This document shows, piece after piece, positions 1 through 12,461 of a DNA stretch of 64,000 nucleotides. The translations under genes and the position numbers were made by a program. Each line of letters begins with the position of its first letter. Positions within the stretch are counted from its first letter, which is position 1. Origin of the DNA: an uncultured Spirochaetota bacterium. GTDB lineage: Bacteria > Spirochaetota > UBA4802 > UBA5550. The notes below the pieces were generated by a model. The model was given only the letters and a program-made list of their open reading frames with translations. It made no database searches and was not told the DNA's origin. The stretch is taken from contig CAWHAA010000002.1 of the NCBI GenBank assembly GCA_963827275.1, positions 64,001-128,000 of the forward strand. The letters run 5' to 3'.

Positions 1-270
1 GGCCATCACAGGGACATTATCTGCCAGTGTACCGGAAAAAACATGTGCCAAATCGGCATAAAACAGGTTTCAGGGCGGCATTATTTCAGCCCGGGCAGAT
101 GTTTTTTATGTTGAATTAATATTCACCTGTATTAGAGTATGAGACACGTAAAAAAGTTCTATTTTTATTTTTTATGATCATTCTGCGCAACGCGCTGTAA
201 CGCGTTGCGCCGTTGACAACGCCGGCAGTTCAATAACCGGCGCTCATTGAAAAGCCAAGGATTGAATACA

Positions 271-630
271 ATGAAAAAAATATGGTTATTCGCAGCTTTC
301 GTGTTGCTGGTCTCCTGCGCGGGAGCCCCGGGACAAAAAAGCGCACCGGAACAGGCCGGATGGGCTGATGAGGACACCTATACGGTCCGGGTGACGGAGC
401 GGGATGAAGAAAGAGCGGTCGATAAGGCAAAACACCAGATATTAAAAGACATTGTTGATGTGCGGGTACGCAATAACAGCAGATATACTGACATACAAAT
501 GATACAGGAAGAGTTCAACGCGCCGCTCAGCAATGGCGTGATCATCAGCAGCCGCGCCGTTCCCGAAGGGCTGGCAATTTATTTTCAGATCAGGGAACAG
601 GGGTTAAAGAAAAAATTCCAGCGGCGGTGA
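271..630 (+). CDS. Putative lipoprotein, unknown function
   Basis: ATG at 271 gives MKKIWLFAAFVLLVS-C: basic N-region, hydrophobic core and lipobox Cys. The track ORF starts upstream at TTG 247. Confidence 0.7.
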   Translation: MKKIWLFAAFVLLVSCAGAPGQKSAPEQAGWADEDTYTVRVTERDEERAVDKAKHQILKDIVDVRVRNNSRYTDIQMIQEEFNAPLSNGVIISSRAVPEGLAIYFQIREQGLKKKFQRR

Positions 631-640
631 CATGTACTCC

Positions 641-1258
641 TCATCGGACAACCACCCTGTTCTCGACTACTTCGAGCCTCCCTTCGCAAAACAGGCGCAC
701 CGTCTCCGCAAGTATCCGGTATTCCTCTTTGAGTATCCGCGCTGAAAGCGTCTCAACCGTGTCATCATCAAGGACGGGTACCGGCGCCTGCATTATGATG
801 GGGCCGGTATCAATTCCTTCATCGATGAAATGAGTGGTACAGCCGGTTACCTTTACCCCGTAATCCAGCGCCAGGCCCTGGCTCCGTACGCCGGGAAATG
901 ACGGAAGGAGTGACGGGTGTATGTTGATGATCCTGTTGCGGTAACGATTGACAACGCGCGGTGAGAGTATCCGCAAAAATCCGGCGGCAACGACCAGGTC
1001 TGTTTTATATCTCTCCAATGTCCGCAGCAGTGTTTCATCGAATTCATCAGGCGGAGAGGCGGGGTCTGCAACGTGGACAGGCACCCCCATCACCCCGGCC
1101 CGATCCTGCACGCGCGCCGAGTGATTGTCCGTCACGACCGCCCCGATGCGTGCCGTGATCGCGCCCCTGAATATCTCCTTCGCGACCGCCTGAAAATTAA
1201 GGCCGCTGCCAGATACCAGGAATGATACAACAGTTTTCTTCTTGAACCAGCGGGCCAT
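641..1258 (-). CDS. purN: Phosphoribosylglycinamide formyltransferase
   Basis: SGSGLN, INIHPSLLPSFPG and GCTTHFIDEGIDTGPII motifs. Confidence 0.95.
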   Translation of the reverse strand: MARWFKKKTVVSFLVSGSGLNFQAVAKEIFRGAITARIGAVVTDNHSARVQDRAGVMGVPVHVADPASPPDEFDETLLRTLERYKTDLVVAAGFLRILSPRVVNRYRNRIINIHPSLLPSFPGVRSQGLALDYGVKVTGCTTHFIDEGIDTGPIIMQAPVPVLDDDTVETLSARILKEEYRILAETVRLFCEGRLEVVENRVVVR

Positions 1259-1259
1259 G

Positions 1260-2258
1260 TCAGATCCTCATGCGTTCCATATCTTCATCGGACATTTCCT
1301 TCACGGTTATTATTGTCCGCTCCTCTGCCCCGCCGGCATACACGGTCATCACAGGTCCCTCCGGCCCGACCTTCCCGTACCGGAGGAGTAAAGCCCCGAT
1401 GGTCTGTATCTCGGTATCGGAAACCGGTCCCCTCGCAAGGGCAGACGGGCCCTTGAACTTCGGGCAAAAAAAGCGGTCTGAAAACTCCCGGTATTTTTCA
1501 AGTTCGTTGTTTTCTTTCTCGTTTCGGCCAACGATCACTTTTGCTCCGCCCTGCATTCTGAAATGCCTCCCGACCGTCAGCAGGTACAGGTCAATCGCCC
1601 TGCACGCTGGCTGCCTGTCAAAAAGGTCCCGGACCCTGAGTGCAATATTGCGGTCGGTAAACAGGCACCCGCCTGACGGTGATACATATTCCCTTATGCC
1701 GTACCTCTCCGCCAGCTCAAACTGCTCCTTGCGAGACCGCCCGTGTATGCCGAGAAGAAGGTCGCGCTGCACGACCCCCTCTTCCTCCGGGATGGTCGGC
1801 TTCAGCAGCTGTGCCGACAGGGGACGGAGCAGCCGTCCTTTGAGCCCGGTCACTTTTTCAATGTGGTTCATGGTATGCCGCATCTGGGACATGGGCCTCT
1901 GGCCGACCACTTCACCGGTCGCGATAAAATCCGCGTTCATCTCCTTCATGAGGTCCGCCGCCTTGCGGATAAAATAGGCGTGGCAGTCAATGCACGGGTT
2001 CACGTTCTTCCCGTATCCGTGGGGCGGGTTCCGGACCATATCGATGTATTCCGCTCCGCACCGGTGGAGGTGCACCGGCAGGTTGATCCCGGCCGCAAGA
2101 CGGACAGGCGCAAGCGTGGCGGGATCGGCATCCGGCGCGACAAAAGGGAGGACGCCGTGGAAGCCGATCAATTCGAGGTCCTGGTCCATGAGGAGACGCG
2201 CCGCAAGCAGGCTGTCAAGTCCACCCGAGAATAATATGATGCCCTTCCCCTTGCTCAC
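1260..2258 (-). CDS. PP-loop tRNA thiouridylase, ThiI/MnmA-like without THUMP domain
   Basis: SGGLDS PP-loop, NPCIDCH, ATGEVVGQRPMSQ, SPSGGCLFTD. Start overlaps the moeA stop. Confidence 0.75.
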   Translation of the reverse strand: MSKGKGIILFSGGLDSLLAARLLMDQDLELIGFHGVLPFVAPDADPATLAPVRLAAGINLPVHLHRCGAEYIDMVRNPPHGYGKNVNPCIDCHAYFIRKAADLMKEMNADFIATGEVVGQRPMSQMRHTMNHIEKVTGLKGRLLRPLSAQLLKPTIPEEEGVVQRDLLLGIHGRSRKEQFELAERYGIREYVSPSGGCLFTDRNIALRVRDLFDRQPACRAIDLYLLTVGRHFRMQGGAKVIVGRNEKENNELEKYREFSDRFFCPKFKGPSALARGPVSDTEIQTIGALLLRYGKVGPEGPVMTVYAGGAEERTIITVKEMSDEDMERMRI

Positions 2259-3508
2259 CCGATCTCCTCATGATAGATGAGCTGGATCACCACCCGGTCT
2301 CCCGCACGGCAGCCCTCTGACTCCTCGGGCATAATAATGAGGCAGTTTGCCATGCTCATGGAACGGAGCAGTCCGGACCCCTGCGGCCCGGTCGTGGCAA
2401 CATGCGGCACACCGTCCGCTATGTAATACATCCCCCGGATGAATTCCTTGCGACCGCTTGCTTTTTGGATGGCATTATCCGCGATGGCGCTGAGTTCCGG
2501 CTTGTTGAGGACGTCCGCACCGCTCATCTTCAGGAGTGCCGGACGGACAAATTCCATGAACGAGACAAGGGTGGATACGGGGTTCCCCGGCAGCCCGAAA
2601 AACAGCGTGGCGCCCCTGGTGCCGAAAACCATCGGCTTCCCCGGTTTCATCCTGAGTTTCTCAACCTCGATCGTGACGCCGAGCTCCGTGATCACGTCCT
2701 TTACGAAATCATATTTACCCATCGAGACGCCACCGGTGGAGATAACGACATCATACGCCAACGCACCGGAGAATAATTTTTTTATGTTCTCTATGGTGTC
2801 CCTGGCAATGCCAAGGTAGACCGGGTCCCCGTTGTATTTTTTCACCTCCGAGAAGAGCGCATAGGCGTTGCTGTTCCGGATCTTTCCCGCGGAAAGCTTT
2901 TCGCCCACTTCCACGATTTCGTCGCCCGTTGACAGTATGCCGACCCGGGGCTTTCGATACACCGCGATCTCCGGCCTGTTCAGCGCCGCCAGAAGGCCTA
3001 TATCGGCGGACAGGAGCTTTTTACCTTTTTTCAAAACGACCGTGCCCCGCCCGATGTCCTCCCCGGCGAACCTGATATTCTCATGACGCCTCATTGGCCT
3101 GGTCACGGAGAAAGACGTTCCCGCTGCGTCTTCCACTGTCATTTCTACAGGGACAACGGCGTCGGCGCCGTCCGGTACCGAGGCCCCCGTCATGATCCTG
3201 ATCGCGGTATGTTCGGAAACCCCTGATGCTGCGGACGCGCCGCCGGCCTGTACCTCGCCCATGATTGAAAAACGCGCGGGGCGTGCCGGCGTCGCCGCCG
3301 CGGTGTCCTCATGCCGCACGGCAAAGCCGTCCATGGCGGAATTGTCGAAGGGGGGAATATCGATGTCAGATACGACATCGTCATAGAGGTGCCTGCCACT
3401 TGCTTCAAGCAGGGGAACGACCTCCTGCCCGAGCGGAGAGGTCGCCGCGAGTATCTTCTGTACCGCGGCGTCCACTGATATCATGACATCCCGTTTTTTT
3501 TCCATCAC
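2255..3508 (-). CDS. moeA: Molybdopterin molybdotransferase MoeA (gephyrin-like)
   Basis: [42 protein letters not shown]. Confidence 0.95.
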   Translation of the reverse strand: MMEKKRDVMISVDAAVQKILAATSPLGQEVVPLLEASGRHLYDDVVSDIDIPPFDNSAMDGFAVRHEDTAAATPARPARFSIMGEVQAGGASAASGVSEHTAIRIMTGASVPDGADAVVPVEMTVEDAAGTSFSVTRPMRRHENIRFAGEDIGRGTVVLKKGKKLLSADIGLLAALNRPEIAVYRKPRVGILSTGDEIVEVGEKLSAGKIRNSNAYALFSEVKKYNGDPVYLGIARDTIENIKKLFSGALAYDVVISTGGVSMGKYDFVKDVITELGVTIEVEKLRMKPGKPMVFGTRGATLFFGLPGNPVSTLVSFMEFVRPALLKMSGADVLNKPELSAIADNAIQKASGRKEFIRGMYYIADGVPHVATTGPQGSGLLRSMSMANCLIIMPEESEGCRAGDRVVIQLIYHEEIG

Positions 3509-3542
3509 GTCACACTACCCATAGTATGCATTGCCAACCGCG

Positions 3543-4595
3543 TTACGGCTGCCGGTCCAGGTTGACCAGGTCTCCCTTCGCGTTGAAGCCGAAAATCTCT
3601 CCCTTCTTCTCGATCTTGGAGCCGTACATGGCATTGTCCGCGCAGGTGATCAGCTCACGGTAATCAGCCATGTTGTTCGGGCGGGGATAGGTGGCGATGC
3701 CTATCGATACCGATATACCCTGCACCGGGTGAGGGACGGACTTTTTGCCTACGAGCTCAGAAATATCAATGTTCCGCAGCATATCGCGTATCCTTCGCGC
3801 AACGGTTATCACGCTCGCGTGGCTGGTTTCAGGCAAAAAGATGCAGAATTCATCGCCACCGAAGCGGGCCGCGAGGTCATAGGGGCGAAGGATATACTTC
3901 ACCGCCTGCCCGTTTCCATAGATCGGCCTGTACACGCTTTCGTCAATAAACGAACCGCTTATTTTTTTCAGGACCATATCCCCGGCAAGATGGTTATATG
4001 TGTCATTGATCATCTTGAAGTTATCGGCATCAATGTATATCAGGGAAAGGAATGTGTCATTCGGATTGTCCGCATCCCCTCCCTGCACCAGGTTTCTTCG
4101 TCGTATCCGCTCGAATTCCGATTTGAGCCGCTCCTCGAACCGCTTGCGCGTCAGGAGGCCTGTCAATCCGTCAAAACCGGACATCTGGAATTTCGTCGAG
4201 TTTTTCACTATTGCCGAGAGATATTTTGAGCGAACGGGCTTATTTAAAAAATAATAGGCGCCTTTATCGAGCACGATATCGGACAGCTCAAGCTCATTGT
4301 ATCCGGTGATGGCGATAACGGGGGTGGTGAGATTATATTCACTTTTCATCATTTCAAGCGCCTGCAGGCCGTGTTTCGGGTCCGGGGTATCGCCTTCATG
4401 ATACGGCAGGGAAAGATCGAGGAGGATGGTGTCCCAGTAGGTCTTGCTGACAAGGTCGAGCAGCGCTTCAACCGAACGCGCCGTCTGGATGAAATAATTC
4501 TCATCTGACCGTTCAAGAATCCTTGTGATGGTCCGCAGCACCAAATCATCGTCGTCAACGATAAGGATGCTGATGTCCCGCTTCGTATCTAACAT
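3543..4595 (-). CDS. Response regulator diguanylate cyclase (REC-GGDEF)
   Basis: N-terminal ILIVDDD...ILLD receiver; DGLTGL, DADNFKMINDTYNH, RPYD I-site, RFGGDEF. Start taken at ATG 4595; the track ORF extends to 4631. Confidence 0.9.
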   Translation of the reverse strand: MLDTKRDISILIVDDDDLVLRTITRILERSDENYFIQTARSVEALLDLVSKTYWDTILLDLSLPYHEGDTPDPKHGLQALEMMKSEYNLTTPVIAITGYNELELSDIVLDKGAYYFLNKPVRSKYLSAIVKNSTKFQMSGFDGLTGLLTRKRFEERLKSEFERIRRRNLVQGGDADNPNDTFLSLIYIDADNFKMINDTYNHLAGDMVLKKISGSFIDESVYRPIYGNGQAVKYILRPYDLAARFGGDEFCIFLPETSHASVITVARRIRDMLRNIDISELVGKKSVPHPVQGISVSIGIATYPRPNNMADYRELITCADNAMYGSKIEKKGEIFGFNAKGDLVNLDRQP

Positions 4596-4769
4596 GTTTT
4601 TACAATGGATAGACCTACCCTGAAATTGCAATTAGAATTTTTTCAGACCGGCATCAATAAATAATTGCGCGGCCGGAGCTATATCCTGTCAAATGGTTTA
4701 ACAGGGTCGTTCGATACACGATACATGTTGAAAAATCCATTTTTCGGATATATATTAAAGTACACAGTT

Positions 4770-5468
4770 ATGGAAGCAAAGACAATCATAATCATCCCGG
4801 TTCAGAACCAGGACAAGCAACTGACCACGAGCCTCGCGCGTCTCAAAGACCTGAACATGGACCTGCTCGTGGTGGACGACGGGTCGACCGATGCGACCTA
4901 CGCCGTCGTCACGCAGAACCCGTGGATGAAATACATAAAGCATGAACTTGAACTCGGGATCGGCGCCTCGATAATCACCGGGTATGAATATTCCCGCGAT
5001 TATAGCTATGACGTGATGATACTGCTCGATCTCAACGACATCCGTTTCAAGGAAGAGATATCACAGCTCATAGAAAACATCAACTACGGGTTCGATATTG
5101 TCAGCAGCAGCAGGATACTTGAAAATTTCAACCACCGGGATATCCCCGCGAACCTGATTGACATCACCGCTGATCTTTCAGCCGCCGTCAGGGACATAAC
5201 CGGCCTGGATGTCACCGACCCTCTCTCCGGCATCAAGGCGATCCGCATCGGCGCGCTGAAAGACATGGAGCTCACTGAATTCGACCACGGCATATTCCTC
5301 CAGATGCTGGTACAGGCGCATTACCTTGGACTGTCCATGATGGAGATCCCTGCCGTGTCCGGCAACGGCTTCGGCAGCGAACTCCTGCTTTATGATGATC
5401 CCGCAGGGCTGTTCCTTTCACTCCTCGAGACGGAAAAATTCCTTTATACCAAAAAAAATATTAATTGA
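4770..5468 (+). CDS. Glycosyltransferase family 2 (DPM1-like), DxD motif degenerate
   Basis: IIIPVQNQ, VVDDGSTD, TDPLSGIKA. ATG 4770 chosen over TTG 4665. Confidence 0.75.
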   Translation: MEAKTIIIIPVQNQDKQLTTSLARLKDLNMDLLVVDDGSTDATYAVVTQNPWMKYIKHELELGIGASIITGYEYSRDYSYDVMILLDLNDIRFKEEISQLIENINYGFDIVSSSRILENFNHRDIPANLIDITADLSAAVRDITGLDVTDPLSGIKAIRIGALKDMELTEFDHGIFLQMLVQAHYLGLSMMEIPAVSGNGFGSELLLYDDPAGLFLSLLETEKFLYTKKNIN

Positions 5469-5618
5469 TAGTTCCCGCCACAATTGCGGCCTCGCTGTGA
5501 AATCTGAATGAAATTAATTTTTCCATACCCGGGAATTTATGGGTTGACAAATACCCGATTATCAGTATTACAAACAGACTATTTTAATACCACGACACAA
5601 AGGAAACAGGCACACTAC

Positions 5619-7298
5619 ATGTCAAAACCTGTTATTATTCAGAGCGACAATACCCTCCTGCTCGAAGTAGACAACCCTGATTTTGAAAACGCGCGGGATG
5701 CCATCGCGCAATTCTCAGAACTGGTGAAGAGCCCGGAGCACATACACACATATAAAATATCCCCCCTCTCACTCTGGAACGCGGCCGCAGCAGGGCTGAC
5801 CTATCAGAACATCATGACCATCCTGAAGCAGAATTCGCGCTATGAGATACCCGAGATCGTGGTGACCACGATCAAGGATCAGATGCGGCGGTACGGTCTT
5901 CTGAAGCTTGTGGCTCGCGGCAACGATATCATACTCATTTCAAGCGACCCTATTCTCCTGAACGAGATCTGCAACACGAAAAAGATCCAGCAGTTCATCG
6001 ATACGAGGATCGATGACTCACAGGTAAAGATCCGGAAGCTCTACCGCGGTCATATCAAACAGGCGCTTATAAAGATCGGGTTCCCGGTCGAAGACCTTGC
6101 CGGGTACGAAGAGGGCGATCCGTGCCCTATAAAAATGAAAGACATTTCGGCCCGTGGCCAGGAGTTCCAGATCCGCGATTACCAGCAGAGCTCCGTTACG
6201 GCCTTTTACCGGGGCGGCGGCCCCGAAGGCGGCAGCGGGATCGTCGTGCTCCCCTGCGGCGCGGGGAAAACTATCGTCGGCATCGCCATCATGAGCCTCC
6301 TGTCGACCGAGACCCTCATCCTTGTCACCAACACCATCGCCCTCAGGCAATGGAAGGAAGAGCTGCTCGACAAGACCCACCTCGAGCCTGATCAGATCGG
6401 CGAATTCTCGGGAGAAAAAAAGGAGATCCGCCCGATCACCATCGCCACCTACAATATCCTCACCTACCGCAAGGACAAAAACGGCCCCTTCCTCCATTTT
6501 GAACTGTTCAATTCAAAAAACTGGGGCCTCATCATCTACGACGAAGTACATCTGCTTCCCGCACCGGTATTCAGGATGACCTCGGAGATACAATCGAAGC
6601 GGCGCCTCGGCCTGACCGCCACCCTCATACGGGAGGACGGCATGGAAGCCGATGTATTCAGCCTCATCGGCCCGAAAAAATTTGACATGCCCTGGAAGAC
6701 CCTTGAAAAATCCAACTGGATCGCAAAGGCCCTCTGCACCGAGGTGCGTATCGACCTGCCCGATGATTTACGGATGAAATATTCCCTCGCGAAAGACCGG
6801 GAAAAATTCAGGATCGCGTCCGAGAACCATGAAAAGATCGGTATCGTAAGCAGTTTAATCGAACACCACAAGCAATCGAACATACTCATCATCGGGCAGT
6901 ATATATCCCAGCTGAAGGAGATCGCTGACCAGTTCAAGTACCCGATGATTACCGGCAGCACATCGATCGGCGAGCGGGAAGAGATGTATAATAAATTCAA
7001 GGAAGAGACGATCAAAATACTCGTCGTGTCCAAGGTCGCCAATTTCTCGATTGACCTCCCGGATGCGAATGTCGCCATCCAGATATCAGGGACTTTTGGC
7101 TCACGCCAGGAGGAAGCGCAGCGGCTGGGAAGGATTCTGCGGCCCAAGAAGGGCGACAATAAGGCGTACTTTTACACGATCATTACATCGAACTCGGTCG
7201 AGGAGAAATTCGCCCACAACCGGCAGTTGTTCCTCACCGAGCAGGGCTATACCTATATTATTCTGAACGAGCAGATGTTCCAGGAAAAATTTTCGTAA
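5619..7298 (+). CDS. Bacterial XPB/Rad25/Ssl2-like SF2 DNA helicase
   Basis: N-terminal PVIIQSDNTLLLEV and ELVKSPEHIHTY; VLPCGAGKT, DEVH, QRLGRILRPK. ATG 5619 follows an AGGA RBS. Confidence 0.9.
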   Translation: MSKPVIIQSDNTLLLEVDNPDFENARDAIAQFSELVKSPEHIHTYKISPLSLWNAAAAGLTYQNIMTILKQNSRYEIPEIVVTTIKDQMRRYGLLKLVARGNDIILISSDPILLNEICNTKKIQQFIDTRIDDSQVKIRKLYRGHIKQALIKIGFPVEDLAGYEEGDPCPIKMKDISARGQEFQIRDYQQSSVTAFYRGGGPEGGSGIVVLPCGAGKTIVGIAIMSLLSTETLILVTNTIALRQWKEELLDKTHLEPDQIGEFSGEKKEIRPITIATYNILTYRKDKNGPFLHFELFNSKNWGLIIYDEVHLLPAPVFRMTSEIQSKRRLGLTATLIREDGMEADVFSLIGPKKFDMPWKTLEKSNWIAKALCTEVRIDLPDDLRMKYSLAKDREKFRIASENHEKIGIVSSLIEHHKQSNILIIGQYISQLKEIADQFKYPMITGSTSIGEREEMYNKFKEETIKILVVSKVANFSIDLPDANVAIQISGTFGSRQEEAQRLGRILRPKKGDNKAYFYTIITSNSVEEKFAHNRQLFLTEQGYTYIILNEQMFQEKFS

Positions 7299-7342
7299 TA
7301 CGCGGCCGGACCCGCCATCGACCGTCCGGCGCCGCGGTAACG

Positions 7343-9799
7343 TTATTCGCTGATGGCGGCAAAATCAGTGACCACGTCGTCACCGACCACGTCGAGGAGC
7401 TTGACCCCCACCGTCGCCCGTCCCTGTATCGAAACGTCCCCTGCAAGAAGTCGTATCGCCATCCCGTTCTTTGACGTTATGATGATTTCGTCGCTGTCGA
7501 ATACCGACTTGACGCCGTTAGCGTTGCCGTTTTTATCCGTGACCTTGACGTACGCCATCCCCTTGCCGCCCCTGCCTTTATTGACAAAATTCTGGTAATT
7601 GACCCGCTTCCCGAATCCCTTTTCCGTGATGACAAAGAGACTGGAATTCTTCTTCACCATGTCCATGCCGATGATGATGTCGTCCTTCGCGAGCCGCATC
7701 CCGATAATGCCGGCGGCGTTGCGGCCCATGGAACGCATCTTCATGAGATTGGTGCGCAGCAGGTTCCCGCCTTTTGAGGCGATCACGATGTCGTCCCCCT
7801 TGTCGACAACCTTGACATCCACGAGCTCGTCGTTCTTTTTCAGGTTCAGGGCTATGATCCCGCCCTTTTTCGTGTTTTGAAACACGTTCATGTCGGTCTT
7901 TTTTAAAATGCCGTGTCTCGTCACCATGCACAGGTACTTTTCACTCTCGAAATTATCAATCGAGCAGATGGCCGTGATGTTCTCTTCAGAAGCGAGGTTA
8001 ATGATCCCTTTCAGCGATTTGCCGCGGCTTGTCTTTGACGCCTGCGGTATTTCATACGCCTTCAGGGCGAAAATTTTTCCCTTATTCGAAAAGAGGAACA
8101 CCACGTCATGCGTCGAGGCTATGGTCATCATGTTGATGAAGTCTTCCCGCTTTGTCGATATCGCGCTGACTCCCTTGCCGCCCCGCCGCTGCTTCTTGAA
8201 TGTATCCACGGGAAGGCGGCGTATAAAGCCGTCATTGGTTATTGTAATGACCATGTCCTCGTCGGCGATGAGGTCCTCAACATCGAAATCAGTGGAACTC
8301 TCTCCGCCTTTAAGGATTTCCGTCCTCCTCTTTTCCCCGTATTTCTGTTTGACCTCAAGGAGCTCTTTTTTTACGATTTCGAAAATCCGCGTTTCACTTT
8401 TTAATATGGCCCTGAGCTCCTTGATCAGCTTGATAAGGGCATTCAGCTCTTCGACGATCTTATGGACTTCAAGGCTGGTGAGGCGCTGGAGCCTCATGTC
8501 GAGTATCGCCTTTGTCTGTGCTTCGGAGAGCGAAAAACGCTTTATGAGGCGCTTCCCCGCTTCCTCAGGGTCCTTCGATCCGCGTATGATCTTGATCACC
8601 TCGTCAATGTTATCGAGGGCGATCTTCAGTCCTTCCAGTATATGGGCGCGCTCTTCCGCCTTTTTCAGCTCAAATCTGGTCCTCCGTATAATCACCTCTT
8701 TCCGGTGGGTGATGTAATTCGAGATGATCGCCTTCAGGTCGAGAACGCGGGGGACATTATCCACCAGGGCCAGGAGGATGACGCCAAAGGAGGTCTGGAG
8801 CGCCGTATGCTTGTACAGCTGGTTTATTATTATGCTGGTATTGGCGTCCTTTCTCATGCCGATAACAACACGCATCCCTGTGCGGTCCGATTCATCCCTG
8901 ATCTCCGAAATCCCCTCGATGACCTTCGCATTCACCAGCTCCGCGATGCGGCTGATGAACACCGCCTTGTTCACCTGGTAGGGGATCTCCGTGATGATGA
9001 TATTCTCCCGTCCTTTCTTGTTCTCCTCCACATCAACCTTGCCCCGCACCATAATACTCCCGCGGCCGGTGGTATAGGCCTTGAAGATCCCGTCAGTGCC
9101 CATGATGGTGGCGCCGGTGGGGAAATCAGGCCCCTGGATATGTTTCATGAGCTGTTTGATGCCGATGGAAGGATCATCGATCAGTGCGACGGTCGCGTCA
9201 ATTACCTCGCCAAGATTATGGGGCGGGATCTTTGTCGCCATCCCTACCGCGATGCCTTCCGAGCCGTTGACAAGAAGATTGGGAAACGAAGCCGGCAGTA
9301 CCTGCGGCTCCTGTTTTGTTTCATCAAAATTGGGATTGAAATCGACGGTTTCCTTGTCGATGTCCTTTAACAGCTCCTCGGCGATCTTATTCAGGCGGGC
9401 TTCCGTGTACCGGTACGCAGCAGCAGGATCGCCGTCTACCGAACCGTAGTTGCCCTGGCCGTCGATGATCGGGTGGCGCATGGAGAAATCCTGCGCCATG
9501 CGGACCATGGTATCATATACGGCCGTGTCGCCATGGGGATGGTAATTACCGAGGACTTCACCGACGATCTTGGCGGACTTTACATAGGGCCGGTCACTCC
9601 GCCAGGCCCGCTCGTTCATGGCATGGAGGATCCTCCGGTGGACGGGCTTGAGCCCGTCGCGGACGTCGGGGAGGGCCCGTCCTACTATGACACTCATCGC
9701 ATAGTCCAGATACGAGTTGCGCATCTGGTCATTTATTTCAACATCGACGATTGTTTCCTTGAATAATGATTCGCCGCCATCTGACTTTTTCTTTGACAC
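7343..9799 (-). CDS. gyrA: DNA gyrase subunit A
   Basis: SYLDYAMSVIVGRALPDVRDGLKPV, YHPHGD, AAYRYTE (catalytic Tyr), GyrA-box QRRGGKG. GTG 9799 has a GGAG RBS; the track start is 9820. Confidence 0.97.
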   Translation of the reverse strand: MSKKKSDGGESLFKETIVDVEINDQMRNSYLDYAMSVIVGRALPDVRDGLKPVHRRILHAMNERAWRSDRPYVKSAKIVGEVLGNYHPHGDTAVYDTMVRMAQDFSMRHPIIDGQGNYGSVDGDPAAAYRYTEARLNKIAEELLKDIDKETVDFNPNFDETKQEPQVLPASFPNLLVNGSEGIAVGMATKIPPHNLGEVIDATVALIDDPSIGIKQLMKHIQGPDFPTGATIMGTDGIFKAYTTGRGSIMVRGKVDVEENKKGRENIIITEIPYQVNKAVFISRIAELVNAKVIEGISEIRDESDRTGMRVVIGMRKDANTSIIINQLYKHTALQTSFGVILLALVDNVPRVLDLKAIISNYITHRKEVIIRRTRFELKKAEERAHILEGLKIALDNIDEVIKIIRGSKDPEEAGKRLIKRFSLSEAQTKAILDMRLQRLTSLEVHKIVEELNALIKLIKELRAILKSETRIFEIVKKELLEVKQKYGEKRRTEILKGGESSTDFDVEDLIADEDMVITITNDGFIRRLPVDTFKKQRRGGKGVSAISTKREDFINMMTIASTHDVVFLFSNKGKIFALKAYEIPQASKTSRGKSLKGIINLASEENITAICSIDNFESEKYLCMVTRHGILKKTDMNVFQNTKKGGIIALNLKKNDELVDVKVVDKGDDIVIASKGGNLLRTNLMKMRSMGRNAAGIIGMRLAKDDIIIGMDMVKKNSSLFVITEKGFGKRVNYQNFVNKGRGGKGMAYVKVTDKNGNANGVKSVFDSDEIIITSKNGMAIRLLAGDVSIQGRATVGVKLLDVVGDDVVTDFAAISE

Positions 9800-9867
9800 G
9801 TTGCCATACTCCGCATACAATTATATATTTTTCATCATGCACTGAATTCCGTGATGACTTGAAAATG

Positions 9868-12015
<2,148 letters not shown>

Positions 12016-12022
<7 letters not shown>

Positions 12023-12369
12023 CTGATCGCCTTAATCTCAACCTTGATATCCCGTATCGACGGTAAGGGGAATTTTTCATGTATAAATTTCAATATACAG
12101 TCCTTTCCCATCATTATCTCATTGGCATACACGGAATGATCAGCCGCGATAAACAATATTTTTTTAAAAATCCTGTCAGGTTTGCTATGGGTCGATATTA
12201 TGTCTCCAACGATCGTATGCCATTGTGACACTAAATCTTCAATTGTAAACGATTTTTCAAGCTCAAATTCATGAATTATATCGGGCAGGATACTCTCGAA
12301 TGAAACGACAGTATTCTTCCTTTTTTCATTCACCCTGAATTTCATGGCATCAACCTTTAAAACATTCAT
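12016..12369 (-). CDS. dciA: DUF721 / DciA replicative-helicase loader family protein
   Basis: WHTIVGDIISTHSKPDRI...LFIAADHSVYANEI pattern; located between recF and gyrB. Confidence 0.75.
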
Positions 12370-12461
12370 TACTGCCGCCGGACAGTATAAAAAAGACGGA
12401 AAAACCGCAGGGTGCCCCCTGCCTGCAAAATGAAAATTTGAATATACGCGGGTGTCAATGA

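Noticed and set aside
5508..5618. N-terminal extensions of track ORFs (XPB 5508, also GT2 4665, GGDEF 4631, recF 13601)
   Set aside because: Downstream ATGs fit family N-termini or RBS positions better; the extensions cover promoter-like AT-rich DNA.
7299..7342. GC-rich imperfect hairpin between XPB and gyrA
   Set aside because: Imperfect stem with no U-tract; too weak to call a terminator.
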